Assembly: GCA_045133515.1 (NCBI GenBank)
Contig: JBGUUL010000012.1
Location: 6,736-70,735, forward strand
DNA: 64,000 nucleotides
Direction of reading: 5' to 3'
Source: Ruminococcus sp.
Lineage (GTDB): Bacteria; Bacillota; Clostridia; Oscillospirales; Acutalibacteraceae
Part shown: positions 41,408-50,814 of the stretch, one piece after another
How the letters are laid out: each line of letters starts with the position of its first letter
Position numbering within the stretch: position 1 is the stretch's first letter
The notes under the pieces: generated by a model
Told to the model about the DNA's origin: nothing
The model's database searches: none
Seen by the model: the letters and a program-made list of their open reading frames with translations, nothing else
Translations under genes and position numbers: made by a program

Positions 41408-42757
41408 TTACTGTGTCGTAGCAATTCTCTTTGTTTTCCACTTGTTGTTGCTCCAACGAATAATCATCATTGTTCCTCTGAAAATTTCATCAGCTGCAAA
41501 GGCAATCCAAAGTCCGTAAATACCCATACCAAAGACTACTGCAAGTATGTATGAACCAAGTGCGCTGATAATCCACATTGAGAATATAGCACAGCCTGTT
41601 GGGTAGAACACATCACCTGAACCTCTCAGACAGGCAATAATTACAAGGTTTGCTGTTCTGCCAATTTCAAGGAAAATATTCATTATAATTACATTTGAGC
41701 CAAGGGCGATAACTTCGCTGTTTGTGGTGAAGATTGACATTAGCTGACTTCTGAAAATTATACCTATAAGGGAAACTGCTATGGTGATAATAAGGGCGTT
41801 TCTGTACGCCAAAAAGCCCTGCCGTTTTGCCTTGTCAAATTCCTTTGCACCAACTAAGTGACCAATCAAAATCTGACTTGCCTGTCCAACCGATACGGAA
41901 AATATGTAGAAAAACATAGTGATATTCTGCACGTAGGTTTTGGTTATCAAATCCGTTTCCGTTAGGTGCTTTAGCACAATGGAGGTGATAACAAGTTGGG
42001 AGAGGTTGTAAAGAAAGCTCTCTAATGCAGAGGGAACACCGATTTTCACAATGTTTACGGTATCATCCTTTGGGAAAGGCTTTAGTAGTTTGAATATAGA
42101 GGGCTTTTCGATTTTTTTAAACAACACAATGGCAAGAATTATTGTTCCAACAAATCGGCTAAAGGTGGTGGCAATAGCAACACCCATAACCCCCATTTTT
42201 GGCACACCAAAAAGTCCAAGTACAAATATAATGTCAAGAACAGTGTTAACAAGGTTCATTCCAACTGTAACATACATTGAAATTTTGGTCATACCGTGGT
42301 TGCGAATTATAACTGACATTGCACTTAACAGTGCCTGTAAAAATATAAAACCACCTACCACAGTAAGGTACTGAGATGCAAATTCAAGTATAGTACCCTT
42401 TGCGCCGATAAATTCAAGTATTGGTTTGTTGAATAGAGATAGCAATGCTGATATAACAATGCCAAAGCCAAGGTTAAAGGTGAGGGAAAGGGCTGCAATC
42501 CTTGATGCACCCTTTTTATTTTTTGCCCCAAGATTTTGGGAGATAAGAACTGCACTTGCACCTGAAATAACGGTGAAAACAATAGTTACAATAGAAACTG
42601 CCTGGTTTGCCGTATTGACAGAGGAGGCAGCAAGGTCGTCATACTTGCTAAGGACAAATACATCAATGAAACCCAGTAGCATAAAAAGGGCAGTTTCAAT
42701 GAATATAGGCCAAGCAAGGTTAAATAATTTTAATTCTTTTTTCACAATATTACACAT
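41408..42757 (-). CDS. MATE family efflux transporter
   Basis: LAWPIFIE..L..L.G..D; PKMGVMGVAIAT; multi-TM. Confidence 0.88.
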   Translation of the reverse strand: MCNIVKKELKLFNLAWPIFIETALFMLLGFIDVFVLSKYDDLAASSVNTANQAVSIVTIVFTVISGASAVLISQNLGAKNKKGASRIAALSLTFNLGFGIVISALLSLFNKPILEFIGAKGTILEFASQYLTVVGGFIFLQALLSAMSVIIRNHGMTKISMYVTVGMNLVNTVLDIIFVLGLFGVPKMGVMGVAIATTFSRFVGTIILAIVLFKKIEKPSIFKLLKPFPKDDTVNIVKIGVPSALESFLYNLSQLVITSIVLKHLTETDLITKTYVQNITMFFYIFSVSVGQASQILIGHLVGAKEFDKAKRQGFLAYRNALIITIAVSLIGIIFRSQLMSIFTTNSEVIALGSNVIIMNIFLEIGRTANLVIIACLRGSGDVFYPTGCAIFSMWIISALGSYILAVVFGMGIYGLWIAFAADEIFRGTMMIIRWSNNKWKTKRIATTQ

Positions 42758-42900
42758 TCCTCTTTTTTATTCCTTTTAATGCCTTTATTATATCATATAT
42801 TGTAGAAAAATAAATATTAAAATTAAGGAAAAAAGACTTTATTTTTTAAAAAATATGGTGTACACTATAAGTGAGAAAAGAAGAAAGTGAGGAGAACATT

Positions 42901-44301
42901 ATGAAAACAAAAAAGATGAAAATGTTAAGTGCAATTATGGCAATGGTGATAGCATTGACTGCTGTATTTTCAGTCAGCTTTAATGCTTATGCTACTGAAA
43001 CAACGACTAATTCAACAACTACAACTGTTCCTACAACAACAAAACCTATAGCTCCAAAAGTTCCATCAGTTACAGGACTTAGAAAGAACAGCTCCGAGCT
43101 AAACAGACTTACAATCGTATGGAACAAGGTTAGGGGCGCAAGTAGCTACATAGTATATGGTAGAAATGCTGATACTAAAAGTAGATATAAACTTTTAGGT
43201 GAGGTAAAATCCAACACCTTTACTTGGAAGAATATTCCATCTACTACAAGGTACCACTTTGTAGTTAGGACTGTTATGGTGAAAAACGGAAAAAGATATT
43301 ATAGCGAAAATGCTACTTTACAAACAGCTACAAGCACAGCCCTTGTTTCTGGTGTAAAGCTTGTTGATGCAAGAAAGGGAATTTCTATTAAGTGGAATAA
43401 GCAGAACAAAGTAACAGGCTATATGGTTTATCGTGCAAGTGCCAAGAGTAACGGTGCTTATGTTCTTTATAGGACAATTAAGGGCAGAAATATAACCTCC
43501 TATACTGACAATAATGTTCAGCCTGGCAAACTCTATTACTACAGAATTAAGGCATATAGAACATATGGTGGTATCGGTACTTTTTCCTCAAGGTTAAGCA
43601 ATAGTAAGGTGTTTACAACACCTGGTCTTGACGCAGTAAAAACAACTGCATCTTCTCAGCTTTATAGAATTAAGCTAAGCTGGAGTAAGAACAGCGCAGC
43701 ATCAAAGTACAATGTTTATTATAGCAGTAGTAGAAACGGAAGGTACACAAGGCTTGTTACAACCTCTGGCACAAGCTTTACAACCAAAAAGCTGACTAAT
43801 GGCAGAACCTACTACTTCAAGGTTCTTCCTATTAAGACAGTAGGGGATACAACCTTTACTTCTCCAAGGACATATATTGTCAGCAAAAAAGTCACCAACA
43901 AAATTTTCGGAAAATCTGTTGGTGAAAGCTACATTGAAATCAGCATTAAAAATCAGCATATGTGGATGTACAAAAACGGAAAGTTTGTAACGGAAACAGA
44001 TGTTGTTACAGGTAATGATGACGGAAAGCACAACACACCAAAGGGTGTTCACTATATGATGTGCCACGATTCACCATCAAGACTTGTTGGTGAAACTTGG
44101 GATGTTGAGGTTAAGTATTGGATGCAGTTCACCTCTGACGGATGTGGTATTCACGATTCTACTTGGAGAGCAGATTGGGAATACGGTGGAACAACCTACA
44201 AGGGTAATGGCTCCCACGGTTGCGTAAACACACCTCTTAGCAAGGTTGCAAAAATCTTCAATAATTCCTATGTTGGCTACCCTGTTATAGTTAGAGATTA
44301 A
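42901..44301 (+). CDS. L,D-transpeptidase (YkuD domain) with fibronectin-III repeats
   Basis: Signal peptide; three basic FN3-like repeats; VVTG, TPKG, GIHD...GSHGCVN. Confidence 0.9.
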   Translation: MKTKKMKMLSAIMAMVIALTAVFSVSFNAYATETTTNSTTTTVPTTTKPIAPKVPSVTGLRKNSSELNRLTIVWNKVRGASSYIVYGRNADTKSRYKLLGEVKSNTFTWKNIPSTTRYHFVVRTVMVKNGKRYYSENATLQTATSTALVSGVKLVDARKGISIKWNKQNKVTGYMVYRASAKSNGAYVLYRTIKGRNITSYTDNNVQPGKLYYYRIKAYRTYGGIGTFSSRLSNSKVFTTPGLDAVKTTASSQLYRIKLSWSKNSAASKYNVYYSSSRNGRYTRLVTTSGTSFTTKKLTNGRTYYFKVLPIKTVGDTTFTSPRTYIVSKKVTNKIFGKSVGESYIEISIKNQHMWMYKNGKFVTETDVVTGNDDGKHNTPKGVHYMMCHDSPSRLVGETWDVEVKYWMQFTSDGCGIHDSTWRADWEYGGTTYKGNGSHGCVNTPLSKVAKIFNNSYVGYPVIVRD

Positions 44302-44353
44302 ATTAAAATAAAATTGGCACATCGTAACTCTAAAGTTTACGATGTGCCTTTTC

Positions 44354-45310
44354 TTATTCTGCTAATTCTATGTTGTCACAGTCGCCCTCAAAAAGTGGGG
44401 TGGAGAAGTACCTCTCTGCTGTGTCAGGGAGGACAGTAACAACGGTTTTACCCTCTCCCAACTTTTCAGCTAATTTAAGTGCAGCTGCAACATTTGTGCC
44501 ACTTGAAATGCCACACATAAGGCCTTCCTTACGGGCAAGGTCCTTGGCTGTGTTTATGGCTTCCTCATCTGATACAATGTAGATGTCGTCATAAATTTCC
44601 TGATTGAGAATGTCCGGGATAATTCCGTCACCAATGCCCATTTGCAGGTGAGTTCCTATTGTGCCACCTGCAAGGATTGCAGCATTTTGTGGCTCAACTG
44701 CCCAAATTTCAATGTCAGGATACTGTGCCTTTAGCACTTCCCCAATGCCTGTGATTGTACCACCTGTGCCAATGCCAGAGCAAAATCCGTGGATAGGCGA
44801 AGCAACCTGCTCCATAATTTCAAGTGCAGTGTGATTTTTGTGAGCCTTAATGTTGTTGATGTTGGCAAACTGCTGAGGAACAAACACATTTGGGTTCTCC
44901 TCCTGCATTTTTAGTGCTGTTTGCAGACATTTGTCGATGCACTCTCCAATGTCACCTGCATCGTGAATCAACTTTACCTCTGCGCCGTAGTGGGCAACCA
45001 GCTTTCTGCGTTCCTCGCTAACGGAGTCTGGCATAATAATTATGGTTTTGTAACCCTTAACAGCACCTACAAGGGCAAGACCAATGCCCTGATTGCCACT
45101 TGTTGGTTCAACAATAATTGTGTCCTTTGTGATTTTTCCTTCCTTTTCAGCCTCAGTAATCATATTGTAGGCTGTTCGTGTTTTAATAGAGCCACCAACA
45201 TTCAGCCCTTCAAATTTCATCAGTATTTCTGCGTTTCCTTTTTTGTTCATATGGTTTAGCCTGACCATTGGTGTGTGACCAATAGCCTCCAGCACATTAT
45301 TGTATATCAT
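44354..45310 (-). CDS. cysK: Cysteine synthase A (PLP-dependent)
   Basis: IGHTPMV, GGSIK, EPTSGNQG, GTGGTITG, GISSG, PDTAERYFST. Confidence 0.9.
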   Translation of the reverse strand: MIYNNVLEAIGHTPMVRLNHMNKKGNAEILMKFEGLNVGGSIKTRTAYNMITEAEKEGKITKDTIIVEPTSGNQGIGLALVGAVKGYKTIIIMPDSVSEERRKLVAHYGAEVKLIHDAGDIGECIDKCLQTALKMQEENPNVFVPQQFANINNIKAHKNHTALEIMEQVASPIHGFCSGIGTGGTITGIGEVLKAQYPDIEIWAVEPQNAAILAGGTIGTHLQMGIGDGIIPDILNQEIYDDIYIVSDEEAINTAKDLARKEGLMCGISSGTNVAAALKLAEKLGEGKTVVTVLPDTAERYFSTPLFEGDCDNIELAE

Positions 45311-45438
45311 ATCGTTACTCCTAAAATAAAATTGCCATTACTATTATAAGAGGAAAATCTTAACTCTGCAATAGGTAAATAACATTTTCTCCTGAAAGTT
45401 TTGTTGACAAGTTCTTATGTGCAATTTATAATTTAATT

Positions 45439-46812
45439 ATGAATATGTTTGACTACTTTGAAGAATACCTAAAAAAGAATATTTACCCATTTCATATGCC
45501 TGGAAACAAACGAGGATTAGGATATGATTATGACTTTACAGAGGTTGAAGGCCTTGACAACCTCTATCATCCAAGTGGGATAATTAAGGAAAGCCTTGAG
45601 AAAATCAAATCTGCTTACGGCACAAGGGATAGCTTTATTCTTGTGAATGGTAGCACCGTTGGAATACTTTCAGCCATAACCTCGGCAACAAAAAAAGGTG
45701 ACCATATTTTAGTGGCAAGGAATTGCCATAAATCTGTTTATAATGCTGTTGACCTGTGGAGTTTAACTCCACACTATGTTATGCCAAGGCTTATGTGTGG
45801 CATAAATGGCGAGATAAAGGCTGAGGATATTAAGAGAAAGCTTGATGAAAATAATGACATTAAAGCTTGTGTCATAACCTCTCCAACCTATGAGGGTGTT
45901 GTAAGTGATATTAGTGCTATTGCAGAAGTTTGTCATAGCCACAATGTAACCCTTATTGTTGATGAGGCACATGGAAGTCACCTGAAGTTTAGCAGTTATT
46001 TTCCAAAATCGGCTGTGGAGTGTGGTGCAGATTTGGTTATCCACAGCACCCACAAAACCCTTACAAGCCTTACAGGCACAGGGCTTCTCCATAATTGTAG
46101 TGATAGAGTAAGTACTGCGATTATAAAAAAACGATTACAAACCTTCCAAACCTCCTCTCCCAACTATATTATGATGGCATCTGTTGACAGGTGTATTTCA
46201 GATATTTTGGATAGTGGTAGTGAGCTTTTTTCCCGTTATGAGGAAAGACTTGAAAATTTTTACAGTAGGGCAAAAACTCTTGAAAAGCTTTCCTTGATTA
46301 CAGGCCACAACATTGACAGAGGAAAAATTGTAATTTCCACAGCAAGGGCAAATATTACAGGAGTGGAGCTACAAAACATTCTAAGGGAGAAGTATTCCAT
46401 TGAGCTTGAAATGGCAAATGTAAGTTATGCTTTGGCTATGACAAGTATTATGGATAGTGATAATGGATTTTCCAGGCTTATCAATGCTCTAACTGAAATT
46501 GGCAGTGGCCTTTGCCTTGTGCATAAGGATGATTTTCAGTCTTCTCTTTCTCCTGTTATGGAATACAAGGTGTGGGAAGTTGAAAATATGGCAAGAGAGG
46601 TTGTTCCCCTTAAACAAGCCTTAGACAGAGTTTCTGCTGAATACATCTATGCCTATCCTCCAGGGAGTCCTGTGGTTGTTCCTGGTGAGGTTATTACAGA
46701 AAAGGTGGCTGAAAATATTAGCAAAATGCTACAAAATGGCGTCAATGTTATAAGCGAAAGTGATAATCTTCCAATATCTGTTGAAGTGCTATTGACACAT
46801 AGTGAAAAATAG
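45439..46812 (+). CDS. Orn/Lys/Arg decarboxylase family protein (YaaO-like)
   Basis: FHMPG, LVNGST, RNCHKS, VDEAHG, HSTHKT, YPPG. Confidence 0.88.
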   Translation: MNMFDYFEEYLKKNIYPFHMPGNKRGLGYDYDFTEVEGLDNLYHPSGIIKESLEKIKSAYGTRDSFILVNGSTVGILSAITSATKKGDHILVARNCHKSVYNAVDLWSLTPHYVMPRLMCGINGEIKAEDIKRKLDENNDIKACVITSPTYEGVVSDISAIAEVCHSHNVTLIVDEAHGSHLKFSSYFPKSAVECGADLVIHSTHKTLTSLTGTGLLHNCSDRVSTAIIKKRLQTFQTSSPNYIMMASVDRCISDILDSGSELFSRYEERLENFYSRAKTLEKLSLITGHNIDRGKIVISTARANITGVELQNILREKYSIELEMANVSYALAMTSIMDSDNGFSRLINALTEIGSGLCLVHKDDFQSSLSPVMEYKVWEVENMAREVVPLKQALDRVSAEYIYAYPPGSPVVVPGEVITEKVAENISKMLQNGVNVISESDNLPISVEVLLTHSEK

Positions 46813-46820
46813 GATAAAAT
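46792..46820 (+). promoter_or_regulatory. SigA promoter for the SCIFF precursor, overlapping the upstream gene end
   Basis: TTGACA-17 bp-TAAAAT. Confidence 0.7.
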
Positions 46821-46852
46821 AATTATATAATAATAAGAGGAGGTAAATTCCT

Positions 46853-47005
46853 ATGAAAAGAATTGTTACTGTAAATACAAGAAACCTTACAGAGTCCGTT
46901 AAAAAGGGTGGCTGTGGCGAATGTCAGACATCTTGTCAGTCAGCTTGTAAGACATCTTGTGGTATTGCTAACCAGCAGTGCGAACAGCTTAAGGCTGAGA
47001 AATAA
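46853..47005 (+). CDS. scfA: SCIFF six-cysteine ranthipeptide precursor (50 aa; not in the ORF track)
   Basis: RBS GGAGG; MKRIVTVNTRNLTESVKKGGCGECQTSCQSACKTSCGIANQQCEQLKAEK. Confidence 0.97.
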   Translation: MKRIVTVNTRNLTESVKKGGCGECQTSCQSACKTSCGIANQQCEQLKAEK

Positions 47006-47073
47006 TTTACAAAAATAAAGGTCGCCGTAGGGTTTCCTATGGCGATTTTTGTTGCGAATAATGGTGAGGAACT

Positions 47074-48450
47074 ATGGTACATTGTTATAAGAATAACGGC
47101 TACAATATTGTGTTGGACAGCAACTCAGGTAGCGTCCACGCAGTTGATGAAGTAGCCTTTGAAATAATCAGTAAGTATGAAACAAGAAGTAAGGAAGAAA
47201 TTATCCTTGAGCTCGTGGCAAAGTATCCGGAAATTACGGTTGATGATATTGAGGAAGTTTTTGCCGATATTGAGGAACTGAAGAAACAGGGTAAGCTGTT
47301 TTCTGAGGATACCTTCAAGGATTTACAGATTGACATTAAGGCTCGTCCTACAACACTTAAGGCTATGTGTCTTCATGTGGCACACGATTGCAACCTTGCT
47401 TGTAAGTACTGCTTTGCAGGTGAGGGCGAATACTGTGGTGACCGTTCCCTTATGAGCTTTGAGGTTGGTAAACAGGCTCTTGACTTCCTTATTGAAAAAA
47501 GTGGCACAAGAAAAAACCTTGAGGTTGACTTCTTCGGTGGTGAACCTCTTATGAACTTTGATGTTGTAAAAAGGCTTGTTGCCTATGCTCGTAGCATTGA
47601 AAAGGAAAAGGGAAAGAACTTCCGTTTTACCCTTACAACAAATGGTGTTCTCCTTGATGATGAGGTTATGGAGTGGGCAAACAAGGAGTGCTACAATGTG
47701 GTGCTTTCTCTTGACGGTAGAAAAGAAACCAACGATAGAATGAGGGTTTCTCGTAACAACAAGGGTAGTTACGACCTTATTGTGCCAAAATTCCAGAAAA
47801 TGGCAGAGCTGAGAAATCAGCAGGGTTACTATATCCGTGGCACATATACCCACTACAATACAGACTTTGCAAAGGATATTCTCCATATGGCAGACCTTGG
47901 CTTTGAGCAACTTGCTATGGAGCCTGTTGTGGCTGACCCTGAAATGGACTATGCCCTTACAGACAGCGATGTTCCTATTCTTAAGGAGCAGTATGATTTA
48001 CTTGCAAAGGAAATGTGCAATCGTAATCACAAGGGAGAGGGTTTTACCTTCTTCCACTATATGATTGACCTTGAGGCTGGCCCTTGTATTTACAAGAGAA
48101 TTTCAGGCTGTGGTGTTGGTACTGATTATATGGCTGTTACACCTTGGGGTGACCTTTACCCTTGTCATCAGTTTGTGGGTGACGAAAAATTCCTTCTTGG
48201 TAATGTCTTTGACGGTGTTACAAATACAGAGGTTGTAAATGAGTTTAAGCTGTGTAATGTATATTCAAGAGAGGCCTGTAAGGATTGCTTTGCCCGTCTT
48301 TATTGCTCTGGTGGTTGCTCTGCAAACGCCTATCATAGAACAGGTAAAATTACCGGAACCTGTGATATGAGTTGTGAGCTACATAAAAAGAGAGTGGAAA
48401 ACGCAATTATGATTAAGGTTGACGAGATGTACCACAATATGAATAAATAA
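47074..48450 (+). CDS. scfB: SCIFF radical SAM/SPASM thioether maturase
   Basis: CNLACKYC; DFFGGEP; GCGVG...YPCHQF...C..C.....C.GGC SPASM motif; follows the precursor. Confidence 0.95.
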   Translation: MVHCYKNNGYNIVLDSNSGSVHAVDEVAFEIISKYETRSKEEIILELVAKYPEITVDDIEEVFADIEELKKQGKLFSEDTFKDLQIDIKARPTTLKAMCLHVAHDCNLACKYCFAGEGEYCGDRSLMSFEVGKQALDFLIEKSGTRKNLEVDFFGGEPLMNFDVVKRLVAYARSIEKEKGKNFRFTLTTNGVLLDDEVMEWANKECYNVVLSLDGRKETNDRMRVSRNNKGSYDLIVPKFQKMAELRNQQGYYIRGTYTHYNTDFAKDILHMADLGFEQLAMEPVVADPEMDYALTDSDVPILKEQYDLLAKEMCNRNHKGEGFTFFHYMIDLEAGPCIYKRISGCGVGTDYMAVTPWGDLYPCHQFVGDEKFLLGNVFDGVTNTEVVNEFKLCNVYSREACKDCFARLYCSGGCSANAYHRTGKITGTCDMSCELHKKRVENAIMIKVDEMYHNMNK

Positions 48451-48465
48451 ATAACTATGAGGCTG

Positions 48466-49068
48466 TCAAATGACAGCCCCATTTTTTATTATATCAATTT
48501 TTCTTCTGTAGTTTTCAAGGCATTGTTCCTTGTTTAATTTTCTGACTCTGTGGTCAAAGGTTACTTCCTTTGCAGCAGAGGATATTAAGATAAGCAGTGA
48601 CTGTAAATCATCTAAATCCTTTACTTTTAGATTTGACGGGTCAATATTGGAAACAAGGGTATCTGCAAATTTAAGCATCCTTGTGTTAATCTTATCAACA
48701 ATGGTCTTTGCATTATGGGAGTTAAGTGGTAGGTTGTCCCTGTGGTCATAAAGAAAATCAGGGTAATTGCCATAGAGAAACAGGTTAACAACTGCATCAA
48801 AAGTTTGGAATAAATCCCCTTTGTTTTCAGTCAAAAACTTTGAAAAAACAGCTCTTACGGAATCCATCATTTGGTCAGCAATAATGTCGTAAAGGTCGGA
48901 TTTGTCATCAAAATATTGATAAAAGCTACCTCTTGAAATATTGGCATCCTTTATAATGTTGTTTATGCTGAGCTTGTCAATAGATGCCCTGTTAAACTCG
49001 TTTTTTATTGCATTTATTATTCTATCCTGTTTTGCTTTTGGTAGGTTGTAGAAGATCTTTTTAATCAT
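48466..49068 (-). CDS. TetR/AcrR family regulator
   Basis: SINNIIKDANISRGSFYQYFDDK HTH. Confidence 0.9.
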   Translation of the reverse strand: MIKKIFYNLPKAKQDRIINAIKNEFNRASIDKLSINNIIKDANISRGSFYQYFDDKSDLYDIIADQMMDSVRAVFSKFLTENKGDLFQTFDAVVNLFLYGNYPDFLYDHRDNLPLNSHNAKTIVDKINTRMLKFADTLVSNIDPSNLKVKDLDDLQSLLILISSAAKEVTFDHRVRKLNKEQCLENYRRKIDIIKNGAVI

Positions 49069-49081
49069 AATTATCCTCCTT

Positions 49082-49139
49082 TATGACAAGCTGTCATATT
49101 AAATATTGTCATAATACATCAATTCCTCAAAAATGTCAA
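49082..49139 (-). promoter_or_regulatory. tetR promoter and palindromic operator
   Basis: Minus-strand TTGACA (49139..49134)-17 bp-TATTAT; palindrome TATGACA-AGC-TGTCATA at 49082..49098. Confidence 0.65.
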
Positions 49140-49228
49140 GTTCTTCACTGGAGAATTTTTTGATTATTTTTTTCAGCAATAACTACTCAAAAAATGGCAG
49201 AAAAAATGCCCCAATTTTGGGGCATTTT

Positions 49229-49810
49229 TTAATCCTTTTTAAAGTACTCTGGTGTCCATTTTACACCCTTATCAGTTTCAATAAAGTCAAGTAGCTCTGT
49301 GCTATTTTCAAAGCACTTATAAAGTAAGGCACATTTTTCTCTAATAAAGCCCTCCTCTGTTGCGTGGGTCATCATATCCATCATATTGTCATAGTAGCCG
49401 TTGATGTTGAAAAATGCAATAGGCTTGCCGTGTCTGCCAAGCTGTTTAAGTGTGATAATTTCAAAAAGTTCCTCAAATGTTCCAATGCCACCTGGAGCGA
49501 TGATAAAAGCATCTGCCATTTCTTCCATAACACGCTTTCTCTCACGCATAGTATCGGTTACAATCATTTCTGTGCAGTTGTCATACAACCCCTCTAACTT
49601 ATCATCAATGAAAAACTGTGGTACAACACCATAAATTTTTCCACCTGCTTTGGCAACACCTCTGGCACTTGCCCCCATTAAGCCTTCGCCACCTGCACCA
49701 AAAACAAGGGTGTGTCCTCTCTGTCCCATTTCGTAGGCAAGAGCCTCTGTTTTTTCTATATATAAGTTACTGATTTTATTACTTGCAGCACCAAAAATGC
49801 AAATCTTCAT
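49229..49810 (-). CDS. LOG family (TIGR00730-like) nucleotide phosphoribohydrolase
   Basis: GLMG, MRERK, PGGIGTFEE. Confidence 0.9.
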   Translation of the reverse strand: MKICIFGAASNKISNLYIEKTEALAYEMGQRGHTLVFGAGGEGLMGASARGVAKAGGKIYGVVPQFFIDDKLEGLYDNCTEMIVTDTMRERKRVMEEMADAFIIAPGGIGTFEELFEIITLKQLGRHGKPIAFFNINGYYDNMMDMMTHATEEGFIREKCALLYKCFENSTELLDFIETDKGVKWTPEYFKKD

Positions 49811-49970
49811 AAATCTTCCTCCCATTTATTCTGAGTGTTCTTATACATTATATATTATTATAGCAAATATATCAATAATTCCAATATTGTAAATTTAAAT
49901 TTTTAGTTGTATAATCTAATTAGATTTATTTGGTGTTTAAAAGTTTTGGTATGAATTTGAGGAAGTTGAT

Positions 49971-50594
49971 ATGTCGTACATTTGTCTTATTGCTAATGAA
50001 AAGGGAATAGTAGCTGCCTCTGACACAAGGGAAAACCTTGGTAATTTCAGATATTACGATAACAGGCAAAAGGTTTTTTCTGATAAAAAGCAGGGTCTTA
50101 TCTGGGCCTGTTGTGGACTGACTGTCTGTGACGGAAAGGATTATCTGCGACTTGTGGAGTTCATTATGAGGGACAGTACCACAACCTTTGATGAAAAAAT
50201 ATCCTACATTGAAAGAGCTGTGAAAAAGGGTACTAAAATAGGGTATGAGAGAATCGGCAACGGCAGTGCTATGGATATTCTTGTAGGCTATATGGGTAAA
50301 AGAACTATGCTAACAAGGATAAACATTGGTGTTGGCGTGGAGCAGAAAAAGACCTTCTTTGCCCCTTTTGCTATGGAGGGTGGAATTGGCAGAACACTTG
50401 TGCCGAAGATGAAACTCAGTGAATATAATACACTAAGCATAGGTGAGTTGAAAAGCTACGCCCAAAGTAGGGTAAAAACTGTTATGGAAAAGGACTGGCT
50501 TTTATCAAAGGAAAATCCCAATCGACCACAAACCATAGGTGGCAGGGTTACCTGTGAGGTTCTTAAGAAGTGTAATTATACAAAAAATAACTAA
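49971..50594 (+). CDS. Putative Ntn-hydrolase, proteasome-beta/HslV-like fold
   Basis: After Met removal: S1, GIVAASD17-x-R19, K33, G48, a GIG loop and C-terminal TIGG. Confidence 0.6.
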   Translation: MSYICLIANEKGIVAASDTRENLGNFRYYDNRQKVFSDKKQGLIWACCGLTVCDGKDYLRLVEFIMRDSTTTFDEKISYIERAVKKGTKIGYERIGNGSAMDILVGYMGKRTMLTRINIGVGVEQKKTFFAPFAMEGGIGRTLVPKMKLSEYNTLSIGELKSYAQSRVKTVMEKDWLLSKENPNRPQTIGGRVTCEVLKKCNYTKNN

Positions 50595-50814
50595 AAAATT
50601 ATACAAAAATAATAATTGAAAATAATGTAGAATTGTGGTAGTATATAAATGGTCGTTGAAAAATAACGGAATACTTCACTTATACTAATGTTTTAGTTAT
50701 TTTGACGGAAAAGTAAAGCTATTGTTATGTAAAATGATAATAGTATAATAATTTAAACTATGGTATAATTTATATAAGGTGATTGCACCTAATATAAACA
50801 AAGAAGGGAAAAAT

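Noticed and set aside
46853-48450. SCIFF locus as the novel system
   Set aside because: It is a well-described, widespread clostridial ranthipeptide pair.
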